The notes beneath the pieces are model-generated. The model worked only from the letters and a program-made list of their open reading frames with translations, was not told the origin of the DNA and ran no database searches. A DNA stretch of 64,000 nt from Bdellovibrio sp. (GTDB lineage Bacteria > Myxococcota > SpSt-1050): positions 11,676-75,675 of the forward strand of contig DYEF01000070.1 of assembly GCA_020725805.1 (NCBI GenBank), written 5' to 3'. The position numbers and the translations under genes were made by a program. Position 1 is the first letter of the stretch. The number at the start of each line of letters is the position of its first letter. Of this stretch, positions 29,417-39,995 are shown in pieces.

Positions 29417-30778
29417 TCAACGGATAAATGTTTCATAAATAAAATTGACAAAGACAAGCAGAATCAGAAGCGGGACAATATATCTGATGAGCAAACCGTA
29501 AATTCCCCTGAACCTGAATTTATTACCATCCGATTCGATCTCCAAGATTATTTTTTCTATGCCCCATTTATATCCGACAAATACCGCGATAAACAGAGAC
29601 CCGAGTATCAGAGAGACATTCCCGAATATAATATCCATAAGTGAAAGAAAATCCATGTTGACAACCGGAAGTTTCGATAAAAATCCGACCGCTCCGCAGG
29701 AGAGTGCCGAAAAGATTCCGAGTATAAAACTAACTCCTCCGAGCAGGTATGTAGCCTTCTTTCTCTCGAAGCCATATTCGTCAACCAGATATGATGTCCC
29801 GACTTCAAGAAGAGATATCGTTGAGGTAATGGCTGCTATTGTCAGCAGGATAAAAAGCAGTGTTCCGAAGAGGATTCCGCCCGGCATCTTCGAAATCACA
29901 ACCGGAAGTACCTTGAAAATCAGTGCCGGACCTTCGGCCGGAGAAAGCCCCTCAACGGAGAAGAGTGCCGGGAATATTACAAAACCGGCAATCAGGGCAA
30001 CCATTGTATCCGCCAATGCAATCCATACGGAACAACTGAATACATTATCCTTTTTGGAGAGATAGCTACCATAAGTCAGTATTGCACCCATTCCGAGACT
30101 CAGGGAGAAGAATGCCTGTCCGAGAGCGGCAACAATTACTTTGGCATCTATCTTTGAAAAATCGGGCTTCATATAAAATTCCACGCCCTTTATTGCATTC
30201 GGGAGCGTAAGTGAGCGGATTGCAAGTATAATGAGCAGAAAGAACAGAACAGGCATAAGTATTTTTGTATATCTCTCGATGCCGTTCTGAACACCTTTGG
30301 AGATAATATAGACGGTAAGTGCTATTATAACAAACAGAAGAACTACAGGGATAAACGGTGAAGCAGATACAGACTGAAAGACCTGAGAAATCATTTGTTC
30401 ATCAGCCATTGCGAATTTATTCGAAGTTGTGATGAATATATATCCGAAGACCCATCCTGCAATGACAGAATAATAGGAAAGAATAAAGATTCCGGTCAGA
30501 ACACCTAAAATACCGACAAGATACCATCTTGTATCCGGTGAAAGTGTCTTAAATGCACCGACCGGATTTCTGTTTGATGCCCTTCCGATTGCGATCTCGG
30601 TCATCAGAAGCGGTATGCCAAGTACAATTACCGCAATAAGATATACAAAAACAAATGCCGCACCACCGTGAGTCCCGGTATAATACGGGAATCTCCAGAC
30701 ATTTCCGAGCCCCACCGCAGAACCGACCGCCGCCATAATAAAACCAAACTTTGAACTCCAGTTGCCTCTCTCCTGCAT
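29417..30778 (-). CDS. sodium-dependent transporter, NSS/SNF family
   Basis: GLGNVWRFPY signature. About 11-12 TM helices. Confidence 0.9.
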   Translation of the reverse strand: MQERGNWSSKFGFIMAAVGSAVGLGNVWRFPYYTGTHGGAAFVFVYLIAVIVLGIPLLMTEIAIGRASNRNPVGAFKTLSPDTRWYLVGILGVLTGIFILSYYSVIAGWVFGYIFITTSNKFAMADEQMISQVFQSVSASPFIPVVLLFVIIALTVYIISKGVQNGIERYTKILMPVLFFLLIILAIRSLTLPNAIKGVEFYMKPDFSKIDAKVIVAALGQAFFSLSLGMGAILTYGSYLSKKDNVFSCSVWIALADTMVALIAGFVIFPALFSVEGLSPAEGPALIFKVLPVVISKMPGGILFGTLLFILLTIAAITSTISLLEVGTSYLVDEYGFERKKATYLLGGVSFILGIFSALSCGAVGFLSKLPVVNMDFLSLMDIIFGNVSLILGSLFIAVFVGYKWGIEKIILEIESDGNKFRFRGIYGLLIRYIVPLLILLVFVNFIYETFIR

Positions 30779-30970
30779 CAGACTCTCCTTACATTCAAAA
30801 ACGGTACAAACAGCAGATTTTAATAAATTAAAATCCTGCTACTATACCACTTTCAGATTCTCAGCCGCTTTGTAATACTTATTAATAAAAACAATGTCAA
30901 GTTATATCCAAATCCTTTCATACCCAAAAAATTTAATAAAAATCCTAAAAATCTCTCCCATCAAAAACTT

Positions 30971-31190
30971 TAGCCTTTTGCCTTCAGCTCTACATCGCTT
31001 CGGTACACTTCGTTACTCAGCGACCTTTAAAACACAAGGACGTTGAATAGCGAGCAAAGCGAGTATATCGAAACGCCTGATATAATCGTGGCTTCGATAT
31101 GCTTCGCTACTCATCCACCTTATTAGCACTATCGCCTTCAGCCTTCAGCTCTATAGCACTATCTATTCCGCGGACTATGGACTGTGGACT
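30971..31190. repeat. dispersed intergenic repeat, copy B (with ~90-nt insertion), ending in tandem GGACT heptamers
   Basis: ccttcagctctacatcgcttcggtacac...ttactcagcga...gccttcag...ctatagcactat...cggactatggactgtggact. Lies ~90 nt upstream of tRNA-Arg. Confidence 0.6.
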
Positions 31191-31282
31191 ATATTTCGTT
31201 TCAGCACCAATCCTTCTGTGAGCCGCGAATAAAAAATCATTGACAGAATCAAAAAAAAATCATATCAAACACTTCCCTGTCC

Positions 31283-31355
31283 GGGCCAGTAGCTCAACGG
31301 ATAGAGCAACGGCCTTCTAAGCCGTAGGTTGGGGGTTCGAGTCCCTCCTGGCTCG
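31283..31355 (+). tRNA. tRNA-Arg (anticodon TCT)
   Basis: Cloverleaf: acceptor GGGCCAG/CTGGCTC, D-arm GCTC..GAGC, anticodon loop CTTCTAA, T-arm GGGGG TTCGAGT CCCTC. 73 nt. Confidence 0.9.
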
Positions 31356-31360
31356 CTTTT

Positions 31361-31436
31361 GGTGAGTGTAGCTCAATTTGGTTAGAGCACCGGACTGTGG
31401 CTCCGGTTGTTGGGGGTTCAAGTCCCCTCACTCACC
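31361..31436 (+). tRNA. tRNA-His (anticodon GTG) with encoded G-1
   Basis: G-1 pairs with discriminator C73. Acceptor GTGAGTG/CACTCAC. Anticodon loop CTGTGGC. T-arm GGGGG TTCAAGT CCCCT. Confidence 0.9.
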
Positions 31437-31863
31437 CATCCTTTATCTCTTTAAGCACTTCCCTGAATACCCTCTTCTCCCCGAGTTTTGACAGATATCT
31501 TGCACCTTCCTGAAATCCCTCAAGCGCATTGAAATACCTGTCGAGCGGGTCTTTTGAAAAGGTTGGTATCAGAAAAATATGAGTATGAGGAATTCTCCTG
31601 CCCCGGGCATACTGCGTAATAAAGTCTGCCTTATATTTCTTCATCAGCCTGAGACTTACTCTTCTTGCGAGATTATACAGGTCCGAGGTCTCTTCTTCAC
31701 TCATCTCATACCAGAACTTTATGTGTCGTTTGGGAATCACAAGGCAGTGTCCCCTCTGCAGCGGATTGATATCCAGAATACATACAGAGAGTCTGCTCTC
31801 CTCTACAAGATAACAGGGCGATTTCCCGCTGACAATATCACAGAATACACATCTTTTCTTCAT
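31432..31863 (-). CDS. HIT-family nucleotide hydrolase/transferase
   Basis: Histidine triad HTHIFLIP. N-terminal CVFCDI. Stop codon overlaps the 3' end of tRNA-His on the opposite strand. Confidence 0.85.
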   Translation of the reverse strand: MKKRCVFCDIVSGKSPCYLVEESRLSVCILDINPLQRGHCLVIPKRHIKFWYEMSEEETSDLYNLARRVSLRLMKKYKADFITQYARGRRIPHTHIFLIPTFSKDPLDRYFNALEGFQEGARYLSKLGEKRVFREVLKEIKDG

Positions 31864-31984
31864 TTTTGCAATCTCCTCTCAATAACGGATAGGAATCTGA
31901 TAGCAAATCAGCAACTCAAAGAAAAGAAAAATATGGAAAATTTTTTCTTCTTGCAAGGGTCATATTTTCTGGTATCATATTTTT

Positions 31985-32977
31985 ATGAACATTCTGAGAA
32001 CGTCTGCAAGGTCTCGCTGGAATAAGGAGCCGGGCTTCTTCGAGGTCTGGTATCTGACATTCAATGATTCAAAAACCGGCGAAGGTTACTGGATAAGATT
32101 TACTCTCGTGGTTCCGAAAAACGTAATGGAATCACCTTTTCTCAATCTCTGGTTTACTGCCTTCAAGAGAGAAAAAATAATATCGGTTATTTCAGAGAAC
32201 TATAAAATTTCCGAGTGCGGTTTTTCGGACGAAAAGATTCAGATAAAGAATTCATACCTGTCATCAGATATCACAGAGGGCGAAGTATCCGACAAAGAAC
32301 ACAGGATAAAATGGCAGCTGAATATCGGTGAAGGACCGGAATTACTTCATCTGCCGTCACATATTTATCAGATACCTCTTCTTCATTCCTATCTCGCCTC
32401 CCCGAACATCTCCTTCGAGATAAAAGGGAAGGTCGAAATCGACGGCAATGAGACCGAAATCAGCGGGAAAGGGACGCAGAGCCACATCTGGGGCAGAGAG
32501 ATGCCGGAGAGATGGATATGGGCACATACCGACAACTTCGAAAATCACAAAGGTTTTTTTGAACTGATATCGGTAGAAAGCCGTTTCGGACCTTTGGGAC
32601 AGGTCTCATCATCAAGGATACTTCTGAGATTTGAAGAAGAGGAGTTCTCGTTTCTGACACTCAACAATATTAAATTCAAAGAATGCCCCGTATTTCCGGA
32701 ATATATATTCTTTGCTACGGGGAAAAAGTATAAAATAGAAGGCAAGATATATTCGGAGAAGAAAAATTTCATTCAGTATCACTACCCTATGCCCTCAAAC
32801 AAGGAAGTATTCTGTACCAACACGGAATGCGGTTCAGTTAACATAGTTGTCTATAAACGTGATTCCCTGTTCAAGCCATTTGTATATTACACGGTTCTGA
32901 AGAATACGGGTCTTACACACTTTGAATTCGGCAGTTCAAGAAAAATCGAAGAGATTCCGGTCTCGAATCCGCAATAA
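31985..32977 (+). CDS. hypothetical protein, possibly CrtC/AttH-like lipocalin-fold (hydroxyneurosporene-synthase family)
   Basis: N-terminal PGFFEVWYLTF...GEGYWIRFTL resembles the EWWY...G.Y.F motif block of that family. Weak. Confidence 0.45.
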   Translation: MNILRTSARSRWNKEPGFFEVWYLTFNDSKTGEGYWIRFTLVVPKNVMESPFLNLWFTAFKREKIISVISENYKISECGFSDEKIQIKNSYLSSDITEGEVSDKEHRIKWQLNIGEGPELLHLPSHIYQIPLLHSYLASPNISFEIKGKVEIDGNETEISGKGTQSHIWGREMPERWIWAHTDNFENHKGFFELISVESRFGPLGQVSSSRILLRFEEEEFSFLTLNNIKFKECPVFPEYIFFATGKKYKIEGKIYSEKKNFIQYHYPMPSNKEVFCTNTECGSVNIVVYKRDSLFKPFVYYTVLKNTGLTHFEFGSSRKIEEIPVSNPQ

Positions 32978-33056
32978 AATCACCAGACCTGCCATCCGCC
33001 ACCAACTGTAAACACATAATAAAAGTAAGTCTGTTTTGTAGAGACTGATAATTTAC

Positions 33057-34292
33057 CTAACGGACGTTCACCCAGTGGATTACTGTTATAAACTTCTTCT
33101 CATCAGAGCAATCGAGAATTTTATTAATATTGCTCCCGTCTCTTTCAGATATCATAAGGTCGGAACAATTATTTGCACGATCTTCGAGCGTATATGCAAT
33201 CATACTGCCATCGGGTGAAAAGACATATCTTCCTATTATCCTGTTTCCTCCGTCAATTACCGGGACGGCTCCGTTAAGGTCATAAGATGAAGACAGGAAT
33301 ATCTTGTTCTGCCCTTTCTTCTTGAAGAGTATTTCCTTGCCATCAGGTGAGAGGACGGGGCCATTCGCATCCTCGAGAAGAAGACTGATTTTCCCGTCTG
33401 ATATGTCAAGAGACATTATATCTATAGTTCTGTCGGCAACAATATTCCTGTTGAACAGGATTATTCCGTCATCTCTTACTGCGCCGTAATAATCATTGTA
33501 TTTCTGGTCAAGCGGGGTCAGATAGATTTCTTCATGGGAAAGCAGATTGTGTGTAAGTATTCTGTAAGGGTCGCTCAGGACATAATACTCCGGGTCTGGC
33601 CTGAAATTCGCCCGTCTGCACATCATAAGCAGTTCATCGGATATAAAATTATGACATTCATCGTTGACTGGACCGAATGATATCTGAACCGGCAGCAAAC
33701 TATCGCCAAGAAGCCAGGTATTCTGAATCGCATCATTGATAGTCAGGCCATAATGTTCTTCCTGATACGGGTCATTTGTGGAGAATACCAGAAGATTTCC
33801 TGTCTGACTCACCCCAAACGACCAGACTCTGTTGGCATACATCCTGACGGCCCTGTAAGTTCCGTCCGGGCTGATCATTTCAACAGAGTCCTTTTTGTTT
33901 CCTGTCGCCCAGTTGTTATAGAAAATAACAGAACCCTTCTGCGGAAGTTCTGCATTTTCAAATCCGATCTGTTCCGGCGTAAGCTCCTCTGAGCCATCTG
34001 TATCGGATAAGACATCAGATATATCCTGAATATTAAGAATATCTTCCATATCAAATGATGAATCAGTCAGTTCGGCTCCGCCATCGGGAAGACCGGCAGT
34101 ATCGGTATATCCGCTATCTGTATAAATCTCATCGGAATTAATATCAGAAACTACAACAGAATTATCTGCATAAAGAGCGTCGTCAGAAACGGATACGTCG
34201 TATCCGGCATCGGAATTATTGACGGTAGTACCGCTGCAGGCAAAAAGGAAAATCAGTAAAGATGAAATAAGGGACAGGTAAATCCTGAACAA
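33057..34292 (-). CDS. lipoprotein with acidic tether and TolB-like (PD40) beta-propeller
   Basis: Lipobox LFACSG. Acidic SD/DI-rich ~100 aa. Repeats with SPDG motifs (ISPDGTYRA, VFSPDGSMIAY, LSPDGKEI). Confidence 0.6.
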   Translation of the reverse strand: MFRIYLSLISSLLIFLFACSGTTVNNSDAGYDVSVSDDALYADNSVVVSDINSDEIYTDSGYTDTAGLPDGGAELTDSSFDMEDILNIQDISDVLSDTDGSEELTPEQIGFENAELPQKGSVIFYNNWATGNKKDSVEMISPDGTYRAVRMYANRVWSFGVSQTGNLLVFSTNDPYQEEHYGLTINDAIQNTWLLGDSLLPVQISFGPVNDECHNFISDELLMMCRRANFRPDPEYYVLSDPYRILTHNLLSHEEIYLTPLDQKYNDYYGAVRDDGIILFNRNIVADRTIDIMSLDISDGKISLLLEDANGPVLSPDGKEILFKKKGQNKIFLSSSYDLNGAVPVIDGGNRIIGRYVFSPDGSMIAYTLEDRANNCSDLMISERDGSNINKILDCSDEKKFITVIHWVNVR

Positions 34293-34302
34293 AATGACCT
34301 CC

Positions 34303-35298
34303 TCACTGTAATTTGATTTTTACTGTTGAGGCAAGAGATATCCCCTTTGACTCATAAGGGGGGAGTTCATTATAGTAAAGGAATAGATTCTCTCTGAAGA
34401 TGACTGCCGATGGACTCCTCCCGTAATGAAGTACAGGATTATAGACATATCTCTTGAAATTTATTCCGTCAAATGAACCTGCAAGTCCCAAATGGTATGC
34501 ACCTGTCTCTGCCGCACTCCCGCAGTAATACATTCTGTAAAGAGGGCGGTTATTGGCAGACTGAACAGTCAGGACTGATGCAGACATTACAGCATACTGG
34601 TCAAAGCTATCAGTATTGCCTGTCTGGGGGGAAAAGACAGGGGTCAGGCTCTCGGTTATCCACGAGAGGGGATTTTCGAGACTTGCCTTTGCAAGGAAAA
34701 TATAACTTCTCCCGTCCTCATCGGATGCTGTATAATACATCCACAGATAATCATCCCTGAATATCACAGAAGGTTCGGATATATTCACAAGTTTCAGATC
34801 CGAGTTTGGCACACCTATCAGTTCCTTATCAGACCTGAAGAAGGTCTGTGAATCACTCGAGGACGCTATCATTATGCGATGTTTATTCTCCTTCGTTACG
34901 GAGACAAAGAAGATATTTATCTTCTCACCGTCATAAATAGCAGAGGGTTCCTTTACAGACTTCTCCTGAAAGTTATCCGGGTCAGGCAGAATAACAGCAT
35001 TTTCACTCTTGAGCCAGACCAACCCGTCACCCGATTCCGCCCTTCCGATTGAATAGACACCGTCCTTGTTTACCGCTGTAAAATACATAATCAGTCTGTC
35101 TTTTACAACAAGAACCGACGGAGAAGATATTGCCTGATAATCGAAATCCGACTCTTTATCTCCCGATTTCAGTACCGGATTGTTTACATATGAATACAAA
35201 GGGCCTACAGTTATATCCTTAGGTGCAACCGGAAAGACTGATTCACCTTCACAACCAAAGAGAAAAAGCAAAATCAGAATACCAGAAAATTCTCTCAT
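34303..35298 (-). CDS. lipoprotein, five-bladed beta-propeller glycoside-hydrolase-like (GH43/GH32/GH130 superfamily)
   Basis: Lipobox LFGCEG. Repeated NPVL...MYFTA / MYYTA / RMYYCG blade motifs. Confidence 0.5.
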   Translation of the reverse strand: MREFSGILILLFLFGCEGESVFPVAPKDITVGPLYSYVNNPVLKSGDKESDFDYQAISSPSVLVVKDRLIMYFTAVNKDGVYSIGRAESGDGLVWLKSENAVILPDPDNFQEKSVKEPSAIYDGEKINIFFVSVTKENKHRIMIASSSDSQTFFRSDKELIGVPNSDLKLVNISEPSVIFRDDYLWMYYTASDEDGRSYIFLAKASLENPLSWITESLTPVFSPQTGNTDSFDQYAVMSASVLTVQSANNRPLYRMYYCGSAAETGAYHLGLAGSFDGINFKRYVYNPVLHYGRSPSAVIFRENLFLYYNELPPYESKGISLASTVKIKLQ

Positions 35299-35309
35299 AC
35301 ATACCTCTA

Positions 35310-36563
35310 TTACAAAGAAAATGAAATACCCAATCCGCCTTCAATAATATTCCCGCCGATAGAATAATCACCATAAGGGTCAAGCGGGTCTGCCTTGTTG
35401 AAACTCCGTCTGGTCAGATAGTGATACTGAAAATACATATTAAAATCCAGTCCGTTACTCAACAGACCCGAAGGGTCATTCAGATGAATACCGCTCCCTA
35501 TCGCAAATGTATGCCTGTCACTGTCCAGAATATTTGTATTGTAGATCTGGTCAGGGATAGAGGTCGGGAAATACTGATATCCGGCCCTCAGTTCTATTTT
35601 TTCATTGAAAATCCTGTATCCGCCACCAACCTTAACCCTCATTACGTCCTTTGCCGAAATCCTTTTAGCTTCGGTATTTTTTACTGACGGGAAGAGCACA
35701 CTTGGTTCAATATCAATAATTACATACTGCTCCGGCATATCCGAAAAGAACATATATCCTATATCCAGCAGCAATTTCAGATTTTTCACCGGGCGGGATA
35801 CAAACCCGAGAGTTATCTCAGCCGGAATAAAGAAACTCTGGCCATCTTCAATAACATTCATATTCAGAAGCTGCATATCAAAATTCGTATCAATCTTGAG
35901 ATTGAGCTTGTTTTCAAACCGATATGAAAGCGCAACCGAGAGAATCTCCGAGAAATCGTATGAACAACCTAAAATCGGTGTATATGTGAATTTCTGGTCC
36001 ATAATAAAATCACTCTGTGTCGTCTTCTGGTTGGCGAGGTCAATCGTAACCTTTGCCTTCCCGTAGGAATCTCCGAACACATCAAGAGCCGCACCGACAG
36101 CAAATTTTCCGAAAAACCTGTATGATAGTGCCGGTTTTATCGAGTATCTGCGAATATTTCTGTAATTTATAAATTGAGGATACTGAGGGTCCTGTGAGTA
36201 GAGATACATTATCGATGGCTGAGGAAATGTGAGGGCAAGTCCGAAATACAGGTCCTTAAGTTTTCCCGAAAAGGGGATAATGAATCCGCCCTCGAATATC
36301 GAATAATCTCCCTCTTCGAAGGAGTTGTTATTTATCCGAAGGTCCTTGTGGCCCAGAACGAATCCGAAACTGATTCTGCTCCTGTCCCCCGATGAAATAC
36401 GGGAGGGATTCAGAAATATCAGAGAAGGTTCGTCTTTATCTGCCGAACCTGCCCCGGCATACCCCTGTGAAACCACTCCTGTCCCCGTCAGAAAATCATG
36501 ACTTGCAAAGGCATTAAGCGAGAGGAGCAGAAAAACAGTTATAAACGTTATTCTCTTATTCAT
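35310..36563 (-). CDS. outer-membrane channel, FadL/OMPP1/TodX-like
   Basis: Signal peptide. N-terminal GYAGAGSA...LIFLNPS resembles the FadL N-terminal hatch and NPA motif. Terminal aromatic residue. Confidence 0.5.
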   Translation of the reverse strand: MNKRITFITVFLLLSLNAFASHDFLTGTGVVSQGYAGAGSADKDEPSLIFLNPSRISSGDRSRISFGFVLGHKDLRINNNSFEEGDYSIFEGGFIIPFSGKLKDLYFGLALTFPQPSIMYLYSQDPQYPQFINYRNIRRYSIKPALSYRFFGKFAVGAALDVFGDSYGKAKVTIDLANQKTTQSDFIMDQKFTYTPILGCSYDFSEILSVALSYRFENKLNLKIDTNFDMQLLNMNVIEDGQSFFIPAEITLGFVSRPVKNLKLLLDIGYMFFSDMPEQYVIIDIEPSVLFPSVKNTEAKRISAKDVMRVKVGGGYRIFNEKIELRAGYQYFPTSIPDQIYNTNILDSDRHTFAIGSGIHLNDPSGLLSNGLDFNMYFQYHYLTRRSFNKADPLDPYGDYSIGGNIIEGGLGISFSL

Positions 36564-38923
36564 AATGTCTCTTCTCCAAGGTCTATCTGTGGTAAAAAAT
36601 AATACAGGAAGAGAGTGATCTCATTTACGGCATCGTATCTGAAAAGAATCCTGAAAACATCTATTGTCTCCCTGACAATACCGTACTGGTGAACTGCATC
36701 GATCATATCTGCAATTATTGCAATCCCGTTCTTTTCATTGAACCTCTTTAGGAAATCCAGAAATATATAGTCAGGGTCGTATTTGTGCGAGTTTGCCAGG
36801 ACATTGAGGGCATCGTTGACCGCCCCGCAGGAGATGGCATATCCCATAAGATTCATAAGCTCTCCGTTGCTGTCGTACTCCGTAAAATATTTGGAGAGAA
36901 TGCGAAGCGAAGGCAATGCAAGTCTGTATAACTCCGTAACCTCCTTAATAAAATCCGGCCTGTAATGCACCGAAGTTGAATCAATATAATCAATGAATGT
37001 CGTCCTGTTCCGTGCCCTTGTGAAGGCCGCACCGAGAAGAGAAAAGAGTTTATAGGCCCTGTAGTCCGGCTTTGTTAAAATATTCTTGATTGCAGGAATT
37101 GCCGTTTCAATACTTTCGTCTATATCAGGTGTCAGCGAGTTATAATAATAATCGAGGACATTTTTTCTGATATCAATCTGAGGATTCAGTAAATCTGAAA
37201 GGGCAGCTACAATATTCTCCGCGGCAAACTTCTCCTTCTCGTCGAAATTATATTTAAGTTCGAGCAGGTCATTGATTATCCCGGTTATTTCGGCAATCAG
37301 AGACGAATTTTTGTCAGGGTAATTAAAGGCCGTATTCAGGATATCATAGAGAGGATTGAGCTCCTGTCCGTCTGTACCCCACATCATAGCAACGACATCA
37401 GCCATTTCCCTGACCCTCGGAACCTTATCGGGCATATTATTCAGGACATTCAAGAGCCCTACATACAAATTAAAGAAACCCGATTTCCCTATTGCATCGA
37501 GAGCTGCAAAACCTTCCACATCCACATCCCGGTTGAAACCCAGCTTCTCATACATCGGGATATCCCCGAGTTTATTGTGCAGAAGACAGTTTATATACGA
37601 GGTAAAACCAGCCGCCTGTTCGGGTGTCCTTTTTGCAAGTTCGAAATGATAGGCAACTGCGGTATTCCCGGGGAAAACCGGTATTTTGGGATATCCCTTA
37701 TACAGGTCCTCAAAGAGCGGGTCTCCTTCCTTCAGATGAGAAGCGCATATCGGACCGAGTATCTCTGCCCCGAGCTTCCTTGACTCCTCATCAAGCACAG
37801 TCTCCTTCTGATAGGTAGAGTGAACCATATGGACCATCTGCATAAAACAGGAGTAATTCTGAGCCCCTACGGGAGAGGACGGAACTCCGTCATCGCAATG
37901 CTTTTCAAAGAATACCGATAGCCTTGGTCCTATACTGTTTATCTCCTCTTTGCCGAGAGAACGCAGAAAATTAATTACCGCTATTCCGCCTTTGCCATCT
38001 TCACCAATGATTTTATATAATCTGTCCAGCAGATTAATCTGAGAAACATTCCCGTCCTTCTCTTTAATATTGATGCCCGAAATAGCAAAATTCTTTACAA
38101 TTTTTCTGAGCGCCTCTATATGACGCCTGTCGATTTTCCCTGCCACCTCTCCGACTTTGTTCAATATTCTCTTTGCCCTCTCCTCGTCCTCTCCTATCCT
38201 CTTAAGTTCTACACCCAAAAGGGCAATCAGATTCTTTACAGAATCGAGTCTTAAGAGATCAACCGTGTTGATGACCATCCCCTCTACTGCATCCTTTTCA
38301 AGGATATAGGTAAGCGCAATATTGAGCGGCACTGTTGCAGGTACCTTTTTTACAGAACCTTCGTGCTTTATATTGACCTTCTCTATAGTTGCACCTTCAA
38401 TAATCCCTATAGCCTCCTGAATATATCCCTCTTCGAGCAGGAAGGACACGGCATCATAAAAATCCGTCAGAAGAGGTGAATCATATGCAACCTTAATAAG
38501 AGGTATCAGCCCGTTGTGAACAGCCCCGTTCCGGTTGAGAATATGTAATGTATCCAGACTTCTTATTATGTCCGGATAATCCAGAAGTTTTGCAAGAGGA
38601 CCATCTGATTTCAGAAATTCCCTGAGAGACGGATCTATCAGCACTTCCCTCAGAATCTTTTTTAGATTCGAACCGCCTACACTCTTGATCGCGATATCGA
38701 GCGAATCTACCAGTTCCCTGAGCTGATTGGTCTTCATAAGAATACGCATTGCTTCGGCAAGACCGGTCATCTGAGATGAGTCGGAGAGAGCAATGAAATG
38801 TCCGAGCAGGCTCAGGTACTTCGGGTTCTGTGGTTTTTCGGTATATTCTTCGGGTTTATCACCGATTGCAGTGCAACTCAAAATCAGTGTCAGAAATAAT
38901 ATTCTGATGATGTTTTTTTTCAT
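36560..38923 (-). CDS. large alpha-helical lipoprotein (hypothetical, 787 aa)
   Basis: Lipobox LILSCTA. ATGA start/stop overlap with 35310..36563. Confidence 0.6.
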   Translation of the reverse strand: MKKNIIRILFLTLILSCTAIGDKPEEYTEKPQNPKYLSLLGHFIALSDSSQMTGLAEAMRILMKTNQLRELVDSLDIAIKSVGGSNLKKILREVLIDPSLREFLKSDGPLAKLLDYPDIIRSLDTLHILNRNGAVHNGLIPLIKVAYDSPLLTDFYDAVSFLLEEGYIQEAIGIIEGATIEKVNIKHEGSVKKVPATVPLNIALTYILEKDAVEGMVINTVDLLRLDSVKNLIALLGVELKRIGEDEERAKRILNKVGEVAGKIDRRHIEALRKIVKNFAISGINIKEKDGNVSQINLLDRLYKIIGEDGKGGIAVINFLRSLGKEEINSIGPRLSVFFEKHCDDGVPSSPVGAQNYSCFMQMVHMVHSTYQKETVLDEESRKLGAEILGPICASHLKEGDPLFEDLYKGYPKIPVFPGNTAVAYHFELAKRTPEQAAGFTSYINCLLHNKLGDIPMYEKLGFNRDVDVEGFAALDAIGKSGFFNLYVGLLNVLNNMPDKVPRVREMADVVAMMWGTDGQELNPLYDILNTAFNYPDKNSSLIAEITGIINDLLELKYNFDEKEKFAAENIVAALSDLLNPQIDIRKNVLDYYYNSLTPDIDESIETAIPAIKNILTKPDYRAYKLFSLLGAAFTRARNRTTFIDYIDSTSVHYRPDFIKEVTELYRLALPSLRILSKYFTEYDSNGELMNLMGYAISCGAVNDALNVLANSHKYDPDYIFLDFLKRFNEKNGIAIIADMIDAVHQYGIVRETIDVFRILFRYDAVNEITLFLYYFLPQIDLGEETL

Positions 38924-39074
38924 AAAGCCGGAAGTAATAATACATCAATCAGATAAGGTTTTCAATAACTAATACTTAAGAATTAAAGTGCAGGGTAAAT
39001 TTCGGGTCTGTCCGTATTTGTCTTGGGGCAGGTTCTTCAAAACCGCCTGTTATGCCAAAAACTTTTATGGTCTG

Positions 39075-39995
39075 CTAAAAAGTGGCTGAAATATATAAAC
39101 AGTTTCCATCAAAACCGGCAGAGACTTTATTGTTCTCCCTGCTGACCTCTTTGCCTCCCAGCAGCAGATAGAGAATTCCGCCTGTTATTAGTGCCCCGCC
39201 GGCGATATAGGATATCACCGCATTGCGGTTATTGTCTTCACGTTCCTGATTATATTTTTCGGCTGTATCCGCCGTGCTTTTCTTATACTTATCATCGGCG
39301 TCGATAGCAGATTTTGTGAAATATCCACCCACAGCCAGACCTACAACGCCGGTCCCCAGAAGGGAATATCCGACCCAGTTAATACCTTGGCCGGTCCTGA
39401 CTTCTGTCTCCTTTTTCACAGCTGGCTCCGGTGCAGCCGTCTTGGGAGTCTTTTCTGCCTTACTCACTTCGTCCTTCAAAACAGCAGGTTTGGTATTAAT
39501 ATCAAACAATTTCAATACTATACCTTTTGTCCCTTTGATGAGTTCATTTTCATCCTTCTTTATCAGCTCGGTTACTCTCTTTTCCACAACAGCCTTCATA
39601 ACATTTATCAGTTTGAGATTAACAAGATAATTGTCTCCCATCGTACCGATTGAACCAATAACATAATATTCAGCTCCCATTGCACCGGCTATCTGTGCCA
39701 TACAACTGGAATCCGTACAGTTCTTGAGCTGCTTATTGGTCTCCCAGAAGAGCATCTTGTCGAGATCGTTCTGGCCTATGACATTATACCTGTCGATATT
39801 GGCTATCTCTGTCAGAATAAACTCGGTCAGAAGATTTGCCGAACCCGGTTCAACTCCCTTTTCCGGTGATATATTGAAAACAATCAGAGTCGGTCTGTCC
39901 TCCTTTTTATCTTTCTCATTCTTTGCCGCACCTGTCTGGGCAAAGGCGTAAGATACGAGGAACATTAAAAGGATTACATATATCTTTCCTGTCAT
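39075..39995 (-). CDS. exported protein with LpoB/CsgG-like periplasmic fold and C-terminal 2-TM hairpin (hypothetical)
   Basis: Signal peptide. C-terminal IDADDKYKKS...ISYIAGGALITGG module shared with 12356..13198. Transcribed divergently from kinase gene 40165. Confidence 0.55.
   Translation of the reverse strand: MTGKIYVILLMFLVSYAFAQTGAAKNEKDKKEDRPTLIVFNISPEKGVEPGSANLLTEFILTEIANIDRYNVIGQNDLDKMLFWETNKQLKNCTDSSCMAQIAGAMGAEYYVIGSIGTMGDNYLVNLKLINVMKAVVEKRVTELIKKDENELIKGTKGIVLKLFDINTKPAVLKDEVSKAEKTPKTAAPEPAVKKETEVRTGQGINWVGYSLLGTGVVGLAVGGYFTKSAIDADDKYKKSTADTAEKYNQEREDNNRNAVISYIAGGALITGGILYLLLGGKEVSRENNKVSAGFDGNCLYISATF

Noticed and set aside
30779-31282. 46-codon plus-strand ORF (MSSYIQILSYPKNL...) upstream of the tRNAs
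   Set aside because: No RBS, runs through the dispersed repeat, AT-rich low-complexity translation.
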